The position numbers and the translations under genes were made by a program. Source: Octopus vulgaris (Eukaryota). Taken from it: DNA of 64,000 nt. This document shows positions 29,241-42,902 of this stretch, one piece after another. The DNA is taken from the NCBI GenBank assembly GCA_951406725.2, contig OX597831.1:36208001-36272000 (forward strand), given 5' to 3'. The notes beneath the pieces are model-generated. The model had not been told where the DNA came from and did no database searches. It worked only from the letters and a program-made list of their open reading frames with translations. The stretch's first letter is position 1. Every line of letters begins with the position of its first letter.

Positions 29241-29672
29241 CAGAGACGTGCAACCAAACGCATACCCTCCATCAGACACCTACCATTTTCTGAGCGCCTT
29301 GTTTCCCTGGGCATGGATTCACTGAAGCTCCGGCGTCTGGTGACGGACTTGGTAAACACCCACAAAGTTATAAACCACCTCACCAACAACAACACTGAAC
29401 ACCTTTTTGATCTCCATGTGTCTAACACACGTGGACATGCCTACAAAGTCAGAAAACAACACAGCTCCTATGACTTTCGGAAACATTTTTTCACGCTCAG
29501 AGTTGCTGAAGTATGGAATAAACTGCCTGCGTCAGTTGTTGACTGCCATGACACTGCATCCTTTAAGGCCCTCATGCTTTCCGAAATCCGCCGAAACTAC
29601 ACCTGATTATATATACACTTTAGATGAGTTGTAGTGCACCTGAGCACTGTACACAATTATTATTATTATTAT
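29241..29672 (+). mobile_element. CR1-group LINE 3' fragment (ORF2 end, 3' UTR, (ATT)n tail)
   Basis: QRRATKRIP...ERL..L...SL..RRL..DL...TRGH.YK...RKHFF.LRV...WNKLP..VV...FK is the CR1-type C-terminus. Stop at 29606. Confidence 0.9.
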
Positions 29673-30358
29673 TAATTGCTTTTATAGCTTAGTAGGAAGA
29701 ATAAGGCGACCGAAAAAATTCTTTGTTACGTACTATCGCTTTTTATTAGTTTAGTGGTTTCAGTCTTTGGATTGCAGCTTTCTTGGTCTCTGTCTTCGTG
29801 GGTTTTGTCGATCGTTCTTTTAATCTGTATATATTCTATAGATCTGTAGACCGGCATCTTCTTGAAAGAACAAATTACATTTTTTTCACTCGAGACCGAT
29901 ATTACATCGGTAAACGTAAACACTGAAACACGCGCAGGCGCACACAACACACACATACACACACATTCACACACATTATATATATAGGCGCACATGAATA
30001 AAATGTTCTTGCACGACTTACTATAATATAACAACTTTATTATAGTTATTGGAATCTTCAATTATCCTCTCAGACAAACAGACACACATACACGCACATA
30101 TACATATGTATAGATCCTCGTATATACACAGTCGACTTACCGTTACTCAATTTCCATTTACTAAATTCCACTCAAAAGGCTCAATCCAAGAGTATAGAGG
30201 AGATTACTTGCCTAAGATTCTGCTCTTATATATACATTATATTAGTTGTATTCTTTAGTTCTTAATTCGAGAAACTGTCACCATTTAAATCTTACTTCGA
30301 ACTCAGAGACTTAAACCCGCTACCTTCGTTTAATATAAATTATTGTACAATTATGTTC

Positions 30359-30430
30359 CAGGGGTCGGCGAACCAGGGTAAATTACCTCAAGTGGGGTAA
30401 AAATGAAATTCTTGGGCGTAATGAGAACTT
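30359..30430 (+). mobile_element. Possible hAT-type transposon 5' end
   Basis: caggggtcggcgaacc resembles CAGGGGTCGGCAAAC-type TIRs. No matching right end found. Confidence 0.35.
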
Positions 30431-31016
30431 ATTTGGCATATGTAAATTTACATAAAAAAACGTGTTCCTTGTTACAACAGAAATTTTGCTTCTAGTAACA
30501 CTGCATCTGTCCTATGTAATGGACGTGTTTAGGAGACGTAACGCCAAATAAATTCAATAGAACTTTTGAATTAAAACAAATCTATGATTTTCTTCCTTTC
30601 AAATGAATGGGTAACGTCGGTGCAAATAAACATATTTTGGGGTAATTAGTTAAAAAATTCCCAGACCTCTCTGATATACAAATGCATGTTATACTTTTTA
30701 AAAGTTTATCAGATAAATACTTTCTACATTCGCTTGGTAATTTATTCAATACGCATAATGGAAGATACATAAAATTATTTGGAATTTCATAATCAGAGAG
30801 AAGTGACAAATGATGATTGTTATTATGTCTGAATTTGAGAGAACTGAGCATGTGTGTACCATGCAATCTTACCTTTTAAAATTACTTTGGTAATTTGGAA
30901 GAATCAAAATTATTTACAACTGTGCAAAGCAATTAAATGTTCGTATTAACATTCTGTTTTATACTGATATCCTTACACTTCCTCAATGGTTGGTATTTTT
31001 TTTTATTGTATGCAAG

Positions 31017-31230
31017 GGGGCGAGCTGGCAGAATTGTTAACATACCGGGCAAAATACTTGACATTTCGTCCGTCTTTATGCTCTGAGTTCAATTTTCATC
31101 GAAGTTGACTTCGCCATTTATCCTTTCGGTTTCGATAAAATAAGTGCCAGCTGAGCACTGGGGTCAATGTAATCGACTTACTCCCTCCCCCGACATTACT
31201 GGCCTTGTGCTAAACTTTGAAACCAATATT
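31017..31230 (+). mobile_element. SINE family A with the ggccttgtgc tail variant
   Basis: Shared head and body. Confidence 0.82.
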
Positions 31231-32376
31231 TTCATTGTACGCTAATTTGTTCTGTTACATTGTATTCTAAAGCTATTTTTTGCAATGTTGAAGTGTGTTA
31301 TGCCTTTAAAAAATATTTAGTAATGTTCATAAAATTCAATTAGTGCTATCATACATTCTTAGTAATCACCAGATTTCGAAATGCATTGACTGACTGTTGG
31401 ATTCAGTGCTTGACAACTGTAATAAAATGACGGACATTTTATAACTTTTAGAAGGCTCCAGCAGAAAACAAATACACGGAAGCACGCTTTTCCTTCTTTT
31501 CAGCCATCCCCCAAAATTGACGAACAAGGAAGAAGCACTGCAAAGCAAAGACGTACTATGTGCCATTACGACCTCAGTGGAAGACGTCGGTCGGCAGACT
31601 GATGCTTAAGGATTGCGTCAAATGACTCCTAGTGACCAAAGTCTGTACTACAACGAGATTGTCTAACAGAGAACATTTCCGGTTACTTTTGTCGACCTCT
31701 TCGTGTATATGTATGTATGCATGTATATACATATATATTTTACTAAATATATATGTATATGTATGTGTGTATGTATATATACATATGTGTATATATATGT
31801 GTGCGTATGTGTGTGTGTGCGTGCATGTATATATATATATATATGTATATATATGTATATATGTGTGTGTGTGCATGTATAGTAATAATAATCCATGGAT
31901 GAAATTTATAAATAGTTTAAGGCATCGCTACGCGCGTTTCCAGAAATTATATGCGTCTTATGATCATAGGCCTTATTCCTGTGATAATAACACTACAGTC
32001 CGTAGTATTCATGGACGTCGGGTCGGTCATGTTCATGCATTCATTTCTTCGGTGTGACTCCAAAAATTTGGTATTGCCGCTTGGCATCATTAGGCTGTAG
32101 CCGACATTATGAAATAGGATCTTTTATACGTATATTAAAACCGTTTCCCTTAAACTAACTTAAAGTATATATAAGTATATATATATAATGTATGTGTGTA
32201 TGCACACATATATATGTGTATATATATATGTGTGTGTGTATATATTTATATGTATATGTATTTACATGTATATGTGTGTATGTATATATGTATATGTATT
32301 TACATGCATATGTGTGTGTATATATATATATATATGTATACATATTTGTTTGTATAGGATTTTATATATGTATATA

Positions 32377-33191
32377 TGGGGACATCTCATAAATAATGCG
32401 GGTTCTTACACTTTTGCGTTTAAAAGTTCAAAGTGGGCTAAACCTTTTGTATCCCACCAAACAGACAACAGCTTACGTGGATGAAGACCTTCTTTAACCT
32501 GGGGTACCGGTGTTTCTACTTTCACTATCCACTGTCTTTGGCGTTTGACATTTTTATTTCTCGTCACTAGTCACTATTCGGTCCAAAAAAGGTTCATTCA
32601 TGAGACGTGGCAGCGAAGAAGAGCGCACCTTTACTCTTTGCGCGCGATTAGACTTGCAAAGTTTGTGAGGAACCCAATAACCCAATTTGCTGACTTTTCC
32701 GATGGCACGCAGGTGCCGATGAATGGTTGAATGACCAAATCCAAGCTTCTCTGCTAGTTCTTCAACAGTTACGATCGGATTTTGTTCCACTAGGATTTGC
32801 AAGACGTCCTCGAGTAGCTCTACAAATCTTCCTGGACGAGTCTCGTCTTCTAGGCTGTAGCTTCCGACTCGGAATTTCTGGAATCACCGTTGACACTGGC
32901 TTACACTTATTGACCGATCCTCGTATACTACATTAATATTCCTCGCACTTACTGTTGCGTTGTTGTCTTTTTTGAACTCAAAATAAAATATACCGAATAT
33001 GTTCCTTTGTCACTTCCATTATAACTTTTAAGATTGAACTGCACTCTTCATAACTTGCACTAAGAATAAGGACAAGGTAAAATTACTACCTGTTTTTATA
33101 ACAAGTTGATGTGGGTAGTTTATCCCGTACCCTCCAGCTTTTAGTTCATGCAACTGGAAAAAAAAAACGTATTATCTATGGGATGACCCAA
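32377..33191 (-). mobile_element. Internally deleted mariner transposon with both TIRs and TA flanks
   Basis: Minus-strand peptide ...ELAEKLG...STIHRHL..IGKVSKLGYWVPHKL...FLDRIVTSDEK. TIRs tggggacatctcataaataatgcg / cgtattatctatgggatgacccaa. Confidence 0.92.
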
Positions 33192-33812
33192 TATATACAT
33201 ACATACATACATATATATACTCTGTTAAGTCAAGACTAAGAAAGAAGTTTAATACAAAAATTAAACGCTATTTCTGTAATGTCTCTTCATGAGGAAATCA
33301 TTGAAACATATATCATAGACGGTAGCAAAACCAAACAAAGTTAACCTGGAACGAAACAAAGGCAGAGTCAAAAACTAAGGGTGTTCCAAGGGGCGCCTGA
33401 TCTATTGAAATACCAACTAAATTACATTAAATTACATCGTACAACCACTGAAAAGTGACGTAGCCATTGGATAGTAAATTTGTTGTTGCAATATGTTTGA
33501 GAAAGAAAGACAAGATAGACAGGGATATAATATCTTTGATCACAGATATATTCGATCGAGGCCAAGCAGCAATCTCTTTCAATAGGCTCCGTGCTATAAA
33601 TACGTTCGATCAGAGCTGAGCTGGAAATGTTATCAACAAAAGCAAAAACACAACCACCACCAACAACAACACCGCCATCACAACAACAATACCAACAAAA
33701 ATCTATGCTTGACTAGAACAATATCGAAACTGACACTACCACCGACACCCCTACCGCAACAGTACATATATGTTCGATCAGAACAGATCCCAAGGTGGCA
33801 GCAGCAGCAGTA

Positions 33813-34000
33813 GTGGAGGCACAATGGCCCAGTGGTTAAGGCAGCGGACTCGCGGCCGTAAGAACGCGGTTTCGATTCCCAGACCGGGCATTGTGAGTGT
33901 TTATTGAGCAAAAACACCTATGCTCCACGAGGCTCCAGCGGGGGTGGGGGTGGTGAACCACAACTTTCACTACAACTTTCTCCCACTTTTTCTTCCTACT
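33813..34000 (+). mobile_element. SINE family C, 5' part
   Basis: ggaggcacaatggcccagtggttaaggcagcggactcgcgg...ttcgattcccagaccggg. Confidence 0.85.
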
Positions 34001-34286
34001 TCTTCCATAAAGCAGAGGGACCATGGTGTATCCCACTATAGTGTGGTAAATTCTCAGATCCTAGTCTAGATTGCGAATGCTCTGTACCCCAAGATGGTTC
34101 AGCTCTCCACCCGTTAAAAGCCACTGTTTATAAAATGAGAATAACAACGTAGCTCTTGTGCCCGTGCAACCGCCAGTCTATCGCGTTTGGTGGGTGGATC
34201 TTCAAGTTGCAACACGCATTCTTAGTAGCTTAGAGTAGGCTCGAATTAGAGATTATTCTTTGAGGCTAAAGGCGTGAGTCCTGATT

Positions 34287-34412
34287 GGAAGAAGAAGAAG
34301 AAGAAGAAGAAGAAGAAGAAGAAGAAGAAGAAGAAGAAGAAGAAGAAGGCGAGGAAGAAGTAGAGGAAGAAGAAGAAGAAGGAGGAGGAGGAAGAGGAGG
34401 AGGAGCAGCAGC
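34287..34412. repeat. (GAA)n/(GGA)n microsatellite
   Basis: Directly visible. Confidence 0.95.
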
Positions 34413-34605
34413 ACTACCAACTCAAGAACAACAACAATGATATCTCAACGTCGCCGCCACCGCTCTCACATTAACGACAACAAGAAATACTTTTTTTTTT
34501 GTTTCAGATCCGGAGATACTTTGAGGTAGAAATAAAAATGTTAACTTAGACCAAATTTTAGTGAAGAAGCAAAAAGAGAAAAAGTGGTAACTACTGCACT
34601 GTATG

Positions 34606-34848
34606 TGGAGGCGCGTGGCTTAGCGGTTAGGGCATCAGCATCATGATCGTAAGATTGTGATTTCGATTCCTGGACCGGGCGACGCGTTGTGTTCTTGAGC
34701 AAAACTCTTCATTTCACGTTGCTCCAGTCCGCTCAGCTGGCAATAATGTGTAACACTGCGATGGACTGCCGTCCCGTCCAGCTAGAAAACACATACGCCA
34801 TTGAAACCGGGCCCATGAGCCTGGCTAGGCTTTAAAAGGGCGCATTTA
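34606..34848 (+). mobile_element. Chimeric SINE: family D head with family C 3' module
   Basis: Head as at 22285. ctgcgatggactg...gaaaccggg...ctggctaggctt..aaagggcgcat tail as at 40383-40690. Confidence 0.8.
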
Positions 34849-36194
34849 TTATTTTTTTTTACTGCATTATATATTATGTGAGAGAATTTGTTACGTAAAC
34901 AACTGTCAATAACCTATGTTTTGCATGCAAGATGTCTGTGTATACATATGTTTGTGTTACGTATACGTTATAAATATGCTGTGTGTTGAGTATTGTGTGT
35001 GCGGACAGGTCGCCATTTTGAATATTCTTTCATTTTTTTTTTTCAATATACGCTTGTGTCCTTCTTTATTGCAAATGCGTGATCTCGATAAAATTGTCAT
35101 GGGGAATGTGTTTATGCGTTGGAAATATACGCATACGTGTTGCATGCGATGAGGAGGTTTACAGTGTTTATAACTGTTGCGTGTGTATTCCAGTTTTTGT
35201 ATTTACATGTTATTTACGTGCACGCGCTTTTTCTGGGTTGTAGATAAGAAATTTGTGATTTGTAAACGTTGTGTGATTGAATTCATGTTATTTTTTTGTC
35301 GGTATAGGTGTGTGTATCGTGCATGCGTAATATGTATGTGTGGCATGTATTTCTATGTATGTGTGCGCCTGTGTGTGACGTATATGCATTGCGCATGTGC
35401 GCTTTTTTGTGCACTCGTTAAATCTATGGGTATATTCAAAGGTTTCTGTAGAAGGAAAAATGTTTACATCGTATTGTTTGAGCAAGCGAAGGTTAAGATG
35501 TAAAGGGAGGTTGAAGGGAAGACTGTTTATTTCTTTTAAAGTAATTTAGAAATGAACAATATAAATTCAAAGAGTGAAAGTTTTTCCCTGTGTTGACTCA
35601 TAATTTAATGAAACGAATCCAATCTTAATGGCGACCATATTAAGTGAATAGCTTAGGTTTCCGTTCTCCATCACGACCTTCATCAACAATTGAATATTAT
35701 TCAAAGTCTAAGATAAGCACATTAACCTCAATATTCATCTACATCAAAACACACACTCACGCACACTCACACACACAAAAACGTACGCATACGAATGTAC
35801 GCGCGAGCGCACATACACATACATATGCAAAGGTACGAACACAAATACACACACAGAATATGAAAAATACAGAAATAAAATAACAAAGACGAATATAAGA
35901 ATTATTTCTGATTTCTGAAGAGGAAATTAGGAAAATAAAAAGTCAAAAGATTTCAAGAATTAAAAATCAAATAAACCTAAATTCATTATTATTGAATTCC
36001 AGACTAATGAGATCTGCCAAAGACGGAAGCAAGGGAAAAAAAAAGTTTTAAAAATCGAACAAGTAAATTTGATGGGGTTTTTTTTCTAATAGTTAAGGAG
36101 CAGTTTCAAATTTTTCAATCATTTGTTTCTAATCTCATAAAAATATTTACATTAGAATTAATAACAACAACGACAAGAACACCATCACCACTAC

Positions 36195-36208
36195 CGATAA
36201 TAATAATA

Positions 36209-36296
<88 letters not shown>

Positions 36297-36301
36297 TGAT
36301 G

Positions 36302-36363
<62 letters not shown>

Positions 36364-36364
36364 C

Positions 36365-36402
<38 letters not shown>
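36195..36402. repeat. (AAT)n microsatellite
   Basis: Directly visible. Confidence 0.95.
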
Positions 36403-36404
<2 letters not shown>

Positions 36405-36519
36405 TATCGTTTCTTTATTCGAGAAAACCTGACAATAAGGGTACATACCAAGGACAAATAAATAATACTCGCAGTGACGGCAGATTGTTCAGAATCGATT
36501 ATGAAAAAAGAAAGAAAAT

Positions 36520-36685
36520 AATAATCCTTTCTACTCTAGACACAAGGTCTAACATTTTTGAGGAGAGGGACTATAAATTAGATCGAGCCCAGTATACAAC
36601 TGGTACTTAATTTATCGACCGCCGAAATGATGAAAAGCAAAATCGACTTTGGCAGAACTTGAACTCAGAACGCAAAGACGGACGA
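36520..36685 (-). mobile_element. SINE family A fragment
   Basis: Reverse complement of the body plus the ccttgtg.ctagagtagaaa tail. Confidence 0.75.
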
Positions 36686-37641
36686 GAAAGAAAATAATAA
36701 GGAGAAACAACTGTATATCAGTGGGTGCATTGTGATTGGTCAATAAGAGGACAGACATCGACAAGCCAAAAAAGAAAGGATGCAATATGATTGGCCATTA
36801 GGACAGTCATCAACAACCAATGAAGAAATCTCACATATCAAAGAGAGTAAAGACGATAAAGAGCAAGTGTGCGCCACCAGGTGTGTTCTCCGGTTGAAGG
36901 TCATGATGTGTGCAGCATCCATATCAACTACATCATACCAAGCCCTCCGTGCAATAGGTCCTGGAGGCGAATGAACATTCTGAGTAGTGTAATATGTTCA
37001 TTTCATAAAGAATCGAAAAAACAAGATAATTCTGTGGGTAACCTAAAAATCTGAGGTAAGTTATGACTGTCAGGCGGTAATGAATAATAAATAATGAATA
37101 ATGATTTCAAATTTTGGGCACAAGGCCAGCTAATTCAGTGGAAGGTTTAAGTCAATTACATCGACCCCAGTGCTAAACTGGTACTACAGGTTCAGGGCCC
37201 CTGCATCTTAGCTAGTTTTCTTCCCCAACCGCTTCACGATGCATTGGATAATATGGAGGTTGTCATGGACAAATCTGTCGGCAATCACACACATCTGCGC
37301 ATTTCTGACCAATCAACAGACTGCAAGCACCAACCTCTTGGCAGGCAGCTAATTCAAAATCGTAAATTCTCCTTTCAAGCTTGTTATCTTCTTTCTCAGC
37401 AGCACCACTATGAGGCTCACCTAAATAGGAATGTTCCCAATCAGGTGTCATTTTGCTAGACAGGTGAGAGACGGGCAAGTATATCTAGAACGCATTAATA
37501 AAGCTTACAGGGCAACCCTTATTGAAACCAACCTATTTTTCTTGCACATTGGAAGTCTTTATCGGGTTTTGAAAATGTCTCCACCCTTTAGCTAAGAGCT
37601 GGGGCAAGTCATCGAGTCAGGCGCTAAGGTCTACTGACAGA

Positions 37642-37902
37642 CATGGGCCCAGGAACAGGGGGTGCAGGTGGTGCAAGTGCACCCCCTAGAGTTTTTGTGG
37701 AATGCAGAACCAAAATTTGCAACCCTACTTATTTTCCTCGGGTTTAGAAAACAGTAAATAAAAAGTGATGCGTAAAAAGTAGCTTGAAGTTAGGTCCCTT
37801 CTCAAATAACAAAACACAAATAACAAAAAAAAAGACCTTGTTTGTAAATATTTTTGGACCTGGGTTTGCACCCACTAAGCAAATTTCATTCCCGAGCCAG
37901 TG
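37642..37902. mobile_element. Putative MITE (hAT-like, GC-rich ends)
   Basis: catgggcccaggaacagggggtgcaggtggtgca...tttgcaccc...ttcccgagccagtg, with similar flanks ctgacaga / ctgactgt. Confidence 0.5.
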
Positions 37903-38516
37903 CTGACTGTGGTCCATCATTATCTATAAATAATGTGTTAAGTGCTATTGGAAAAACCACAGTTTCCTGTCTATCAAAGATCTAATTGTGGGGTTGTTTG
38001 TACATCCTTCCACAGTCACACAGGTCCATGAAACGGGTTTTGAGTCATTAATTTAAAAGCGTTATCTTAGCTCTGACGAATCATCTTTTAGGATTCGATT
38101 CGAAGAAGTGATTGAGTGACGCTTTCGCCTTTGCGAGTCAGATGCGGCGATGCATTTTTAGTTGCCTCATTTAAACTGATGACCAGATCCTTAACTAATA
38201 TTTTGTTCTCTGCCATCGCTTTTGCTATACTTCATCATCTCTACTCTAAAAAAAATCCTATCGGAAACCAACCACCAGTTATTGACGATGCCATCTCAGC
38301 TCAACATTAATTTAACTAATTCAGTGACCAGCGCCACACGTCACTTGTCATTTTAGGAGCAAGACTGAGCTAGATTAAAGCAGCGGCAACAGCAAAAGAC
38401 AAAATGAAATTTCATAGTCAAAAGTAGAATGTTCAGAAAGAAAAAGGAAAGAAACATTTCCAAATTCTGCATTACATCAAGCTGCGATTAACCGTCTTTT
38501 GATTATAATAATGAGA

Positions 38517-38935
38517 AGGCGGCGAGCTGGCAGAAACGTTAGCACGCCGGGCGAAATGCGTAGCCGTATTTCGTCTGCCGTTACGTTCTGAGTTCAAATT
38601 CCGCCGAGGTCGACTTTGCGTTTCATCCTTTCCAGGTCGATAAATTAAGGACCAGTTACGCACTGGAGTCGATATAATCGACTTAATCCGTTTGTCTATC
38701 CTTGTTTGTTCCCTCTATGTTTAGCCCCTTGTGTGCAATAAGGAAATAAGAAGCAGAGCGGAAATGCTTAGTGGTATTTAGTCTGTCTTTATGTTCTGAG
38801 TTCAAATTCCACCGAGGTCGACTTTGCGTTTCATCCTTTCGGGGTTGATGAATTAAGTACCAGTTGCGTACTATGGTCGAATTGACAGCCCCCTCCTCTC
38901 CCAAAATGTCGGACCTTGTGCCTAGAGTAGAAAAG
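38517..38935 (+). mobile_element. Two tandem SINE family A copies with different tails
   Basis: Full copy 38517-38750, then a 5'-truncated copy ending ccttgtgcctagagtagaaaagaat. Confidence 0.88.
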
Positions 38936-39881
38936 AATAATTATAATAAGACAAAGAACGACATACCACCCACGACAGTAGGAAATGAGGCGAATGAGTT
39001 AGAGTAATTATAGGATTATTTTTCAGAGACACAGCAATTGGAAGTAAACTTAGGAAATTATTTAATGGTCACTTCTTTATTTTCAACACGGAACTGGTAG
39101 TCTTTAGCGCATCAGCTAGAATACCTTGCAATATTCATTCAGGGTCTCTTTGAATTAATTTCGAATTTTGACGAGGATAACCTTGTCTTTCATAATTTTG
39201 AAGTTGATAAATATAGTACCATCATTGCAATACCGGGTCGATCCTTTTATTTTTTTTTCTTTCTGCCTGGAAGAAATCTATTTGCAAACCTGAAGAAGAG
39301 AATCCACCAGCTTTTTAAATGCTCAAGACTCACCGTGAGTCACAACGCGGTCCCTGTGGATCTGTTAGAATTTGAAATACCAGAGAAAGTTCCCAAAGAA
39401 CTTAGAAAACGGGACCTCATTGTTACAATTAGAAAAGATTGTTATGGTTAGCATGTATAGGTTTAATATACATTAAACGGTGAGAGTACGTGCTCAGAAT
39501 ATACTGTGAAATATAATATTCTGATTGAGAAATATTCTGGCACAGATTACAAGATCTTAAGCATTAATAAATAATTAATAATGATGAGTACGTTGAGGGT
39601 TTTTAAAGGAAGTTCGTGAGAATATTAAAATGAAACACTTCCTTTTGTTTTGCACGAAATAATTATGGTTTGACGAGGTAAATATTAATTAGCGATTAAA
39701 ATGATATGCAATAATTAATACAAGTCTAATTACAAGTAAATCATGGCAATGCCATTGGTATCGTAACCATAATGAATAATTTAAATATTAATTTGAGATA
39801 CAAAATGATTAGAAACAATAACCACAGGCAAGTTGATAATATATATATTTACTGATACATACCTATCTACCTGTATTACTG

Positions 39882-39942
<61 letters not shown>

Positions 39943-40382
39943 AAATACGCACACACGCACTACTATATACAAACGTATGTATGTGACTGCAAACACACAC
40001 ACGCAGCGCATGTCACCAAGTAAGAAAACGATCGCAATAAATTGTGATTGGATTGTTCTAAAGTAAAATACGCATAAAGTGATGGTATGTTGCCAACTTC
40101 ATGTGGCAGTCCCATGAAAGGGAAGAATGCTACTGCTATTTAGCCCTAGGAAACAGCGTTTCCAGTTAGCCATAACACATTTTCTGTGTCCTTATGTTTT
40201 CAAAGGGGAGATAAGCACCTCCATCCAGAGACTAGTTTCAGAGTCATTGCTCATCATCAGTCTGGATTTTAGGAATTTGAACTGTCTAAATGCGGTAACA
40301 ATCTACTCTTGCATACGCATCCTTATATCCATTGTGTGTGTGAGAGTGTATACATACATACACACATACATTTTTTTTATTT

Positions 40383-40690
40383 ATGCGCCCTTTTCAAGCC
40401 TAGCCAGTTTCATGGACCCGGTTTCCCGGTTTCTGTGGCGTATGTGTTCCCCCCCAGCAGGACGGGATGCCAGTCCATCGCAGCGTTACTCAAGAAACAT
40501 GAAGAGAGAGTGACAGAAAGTTGGGGCGAAAGTGTACAACAAGGGTCGTCACCCACCCCCCTGCCGAAGCCTCGTGGAGCTTTTAAGTGTTTTCGCTCAA
40601 TAAATACACACAACACCCGGTCAGGGAATCAAAACCCGATCTTCCGACCGCGAGTCCGCTGCCCTAACCATTGGGCCATTGCGCCTCCAC
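40383..40690 (-). mobile_element. SINE family C, full length
   Basis: Reverse complement ggaggcgcaatggcccaatggttagggcagcggactcgcgg...gcgatggactggcatcccgtcc...aagggcgcat. Confidence 0.88.
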
Positions 40691-40838
40691 ACATACATAC
40701 AAACATACATACATAAATACATACATACATACATATATATATATATATACATACATACATGCATACATACATACATACATACATATATATATATACATAC
40801 ACACACAAGTATACAATTTACTTACATTATATATATAA

Positions 40839-40880
<42 letters not shown>

Positions 40881-40900
40881 GCGAGAAAGAAGCAACAAGA

Positions 40901-41857
40901 ATGGATAAGTTTTTAGTACAATCGTTTCATATAAAGACGGGCTTTATTAAAAGTTGCAAAAATTGCAGCAATTATAATAATACTACCAACAATAAAAACA
41001 GCAATAGTAACTATCAAAACATGGGTGAAATTAGTAACCACAGAATGACTAATAACATTAACATTAATAGTAATAATAACAATACCGATATTAATAGAAG
41101 TAATAATGTTAATAATAGAAATAATAGAAGTAAGGCTAATGGAGAAAATACGGAGAATGAAAATATCAGTGATATCTATAACAACAATATGCAGTCGGAT
41201 AAAAAGACTAACAATAATAGTAACATTACCAATAATATAAAAAATCATGGTAGGACTTTAGACCTAAAAGATGAAACAGAAGGATCAATAAATAATAGCA
41301 ATACTTTAGATATCAGCACCAACTATAAAAATATTAATAACAATAAGGACAATTATACTCATGATAATCAAAATAATAGGAACATAAGACATCTACCCAA
41401 GAATAATCCAACACCTGAAGTTGTTCCTCCTGTGTGTAAGTGTAGAATAAAATCAAAATGCCCGGCACCTGGTCTATGCGGGGAAAATAACGTAATCTAT
41501 AAATGTACCATATCCACGGAGAATAACAAATATTTTTACATTGGATGTACAATTAATTTTCTAGCCAGAGTTAGAAACCACATCTCGTCTTTTAAATTAC
41601 GTCATATAGCTGGTACCACCACACTTTCAAACAAAATCTGGGAACTCAAAAATAATAACAATAATTATAACCTTAATTGGGAAATAGTTAGGAGAGCAAT
41701 TCCGTATAAAAATAGCAGGGTTGGTTGCCAACTATGCTCCATGGAGACGTATGAAATTCTAAAGCATAGAAAACATAGAAACTTATTGAATAACCATATC
41801 GAACTAGGTCAAGTTTGTGTCCACGCTAAATTGAAGACTTTAAAATATTTTAAATGA
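40901..41857 (+). CDS. Asn-rich region plus PLE-type GIY-YIG endonuclease, 318 aa, no RT
   Basis: CKCRIKSKCPAPGLC...NVIYKC...YIGCT..F..R..NH..SF...T.LS..IW.LK...W.I...CQLC..E..EI...LLN...E...CVH, domain about 41435-41857. Uninterrupted frame. The ORF-track start at 40679 lies in microsatellite. Expression unknown. Confidence 0.8.
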   Translation: MDKFLVQSFHIKTGFIKSCKNCSNYNNTTNNKNSNSNYQNMGEISNHRMTNNININSNNNNTDINRSNNVNNRNNRSKANGENTENENISDIYNNNMQSDKKTNNNSNITNNIKNHGRTLDLKDETEGSINNSNTLDISTNYKNINNNKDNYTHDNQNNRNIRHLPKNNPTPEVVPPVCKCRIKSKCPAPGLCGENNVIYKCTISTENNKYFYIGCTINFLARVRNHISSFKLRHIAGTTTLSNKIWELKNNNNNYNLNWEIVRRAIPYKNSRVGCQLCSMETYEILKHRKHRNLLNNHIELGQVCVHAKLKTLKYFK

Positions 41858-42902
41858 TTAGAATATTCGTAACTAGATAGATAGATAGATATAACTTGAT
41901 TTTTACTAGTATAGCACTGCTTTAAGTAGATAACTAAGAGTTCTCACACTACAGTTATTTTTTTCCTATATCTGCACCAGTTTTTTGAGAACAGGGAAAT
42001 AAATAGTACTTGTACGCTGCTTAAATGAAGCTTTATTTAATTTCAAATTCATAATTTTAAATCTTAATTTTAAATCTTAATTTTAATTTTTAATTTTTAA
42101 TTCTTAACTTAATCTAATTTAAGTAACATAACTTTAATAAAATAAAATAAGTTACTAAAGCCTCATAATTCTATTTCAAAATTAAATAAATAACGCTACT
42201 CCCTCGATGATAGTATGAATATCTTCATTATGATAGACAATTCCCTAACACCTTGTAAATGATCTTCTAAGATTTGACCTGTAGTCCGTCAATGTATAAA
42301 TAATAACGGCAACTCCTTAAGACAGTAAAACGAATAAATTAAATAAATAAATTTTAATGACTTTTTGATAAGATTATACTTAGATTTTCCTAATGTATTT
42401 TCTTTTGATTTTAGCCTTTGACCCCTATACCCCTGACCTTGTTATCTCTTTAGATTCTCTTTAAATTCATAGCTGCTTTCAACGGCGTCACGTTAGCAAT
42501 AAATTAGCTGTTTTACTGGTCAAGGAATAATATTCTCCTCTAGTTCCTAGATGCCTGCAAATTAAAACCAGACTTGCCGTCTACTAATTCTTCTGTATAA
42601 CTAGAACCCTCTTTTTCTTTTTCTTTTCTCCCTTCTTTCCCTCTTTCTTTTTTCTTTCTCTTTTCTCTTTTTCTTTTTCTTCTTCTTATTCTCTTTTTCT
42701 TTTTTCTTTTTCTTTTCTCTTTTCTTTTAGTCTCCCCCCCCCCTTTTTGCTCCCTCCTCCTTTATTTTCTCTCTTTTCCTCTCTTTCCTTCCCTTTCTGT
42801 TCTTTGCCTCTCTAGAAAGCCCTTCAGCCTTTAAAAGTCAAATAGCTACAGTCTCTTGAAAATAGCAGTAATGTGATTAATGTGGCAAATACCTAATCAT
42901 AT

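Noticed and set aside
34507-34524. Possible plus-strand micro-exon after a strong T-rich acceptor
   Set aside because: The donor (gtagaa) is weak and there is no other support.
38073-38106. CTGACGA...GAAG hammerhead-like motif
   Set aside because: Stem II register and GAAA do not fit, and no stems I or III are apparent.
40679-40900. N-terminal extension of the 392-aa ORF
   Set aside because: Lies in a SINE end and (TA)n outside the element. The first credible ATG is at 40901.
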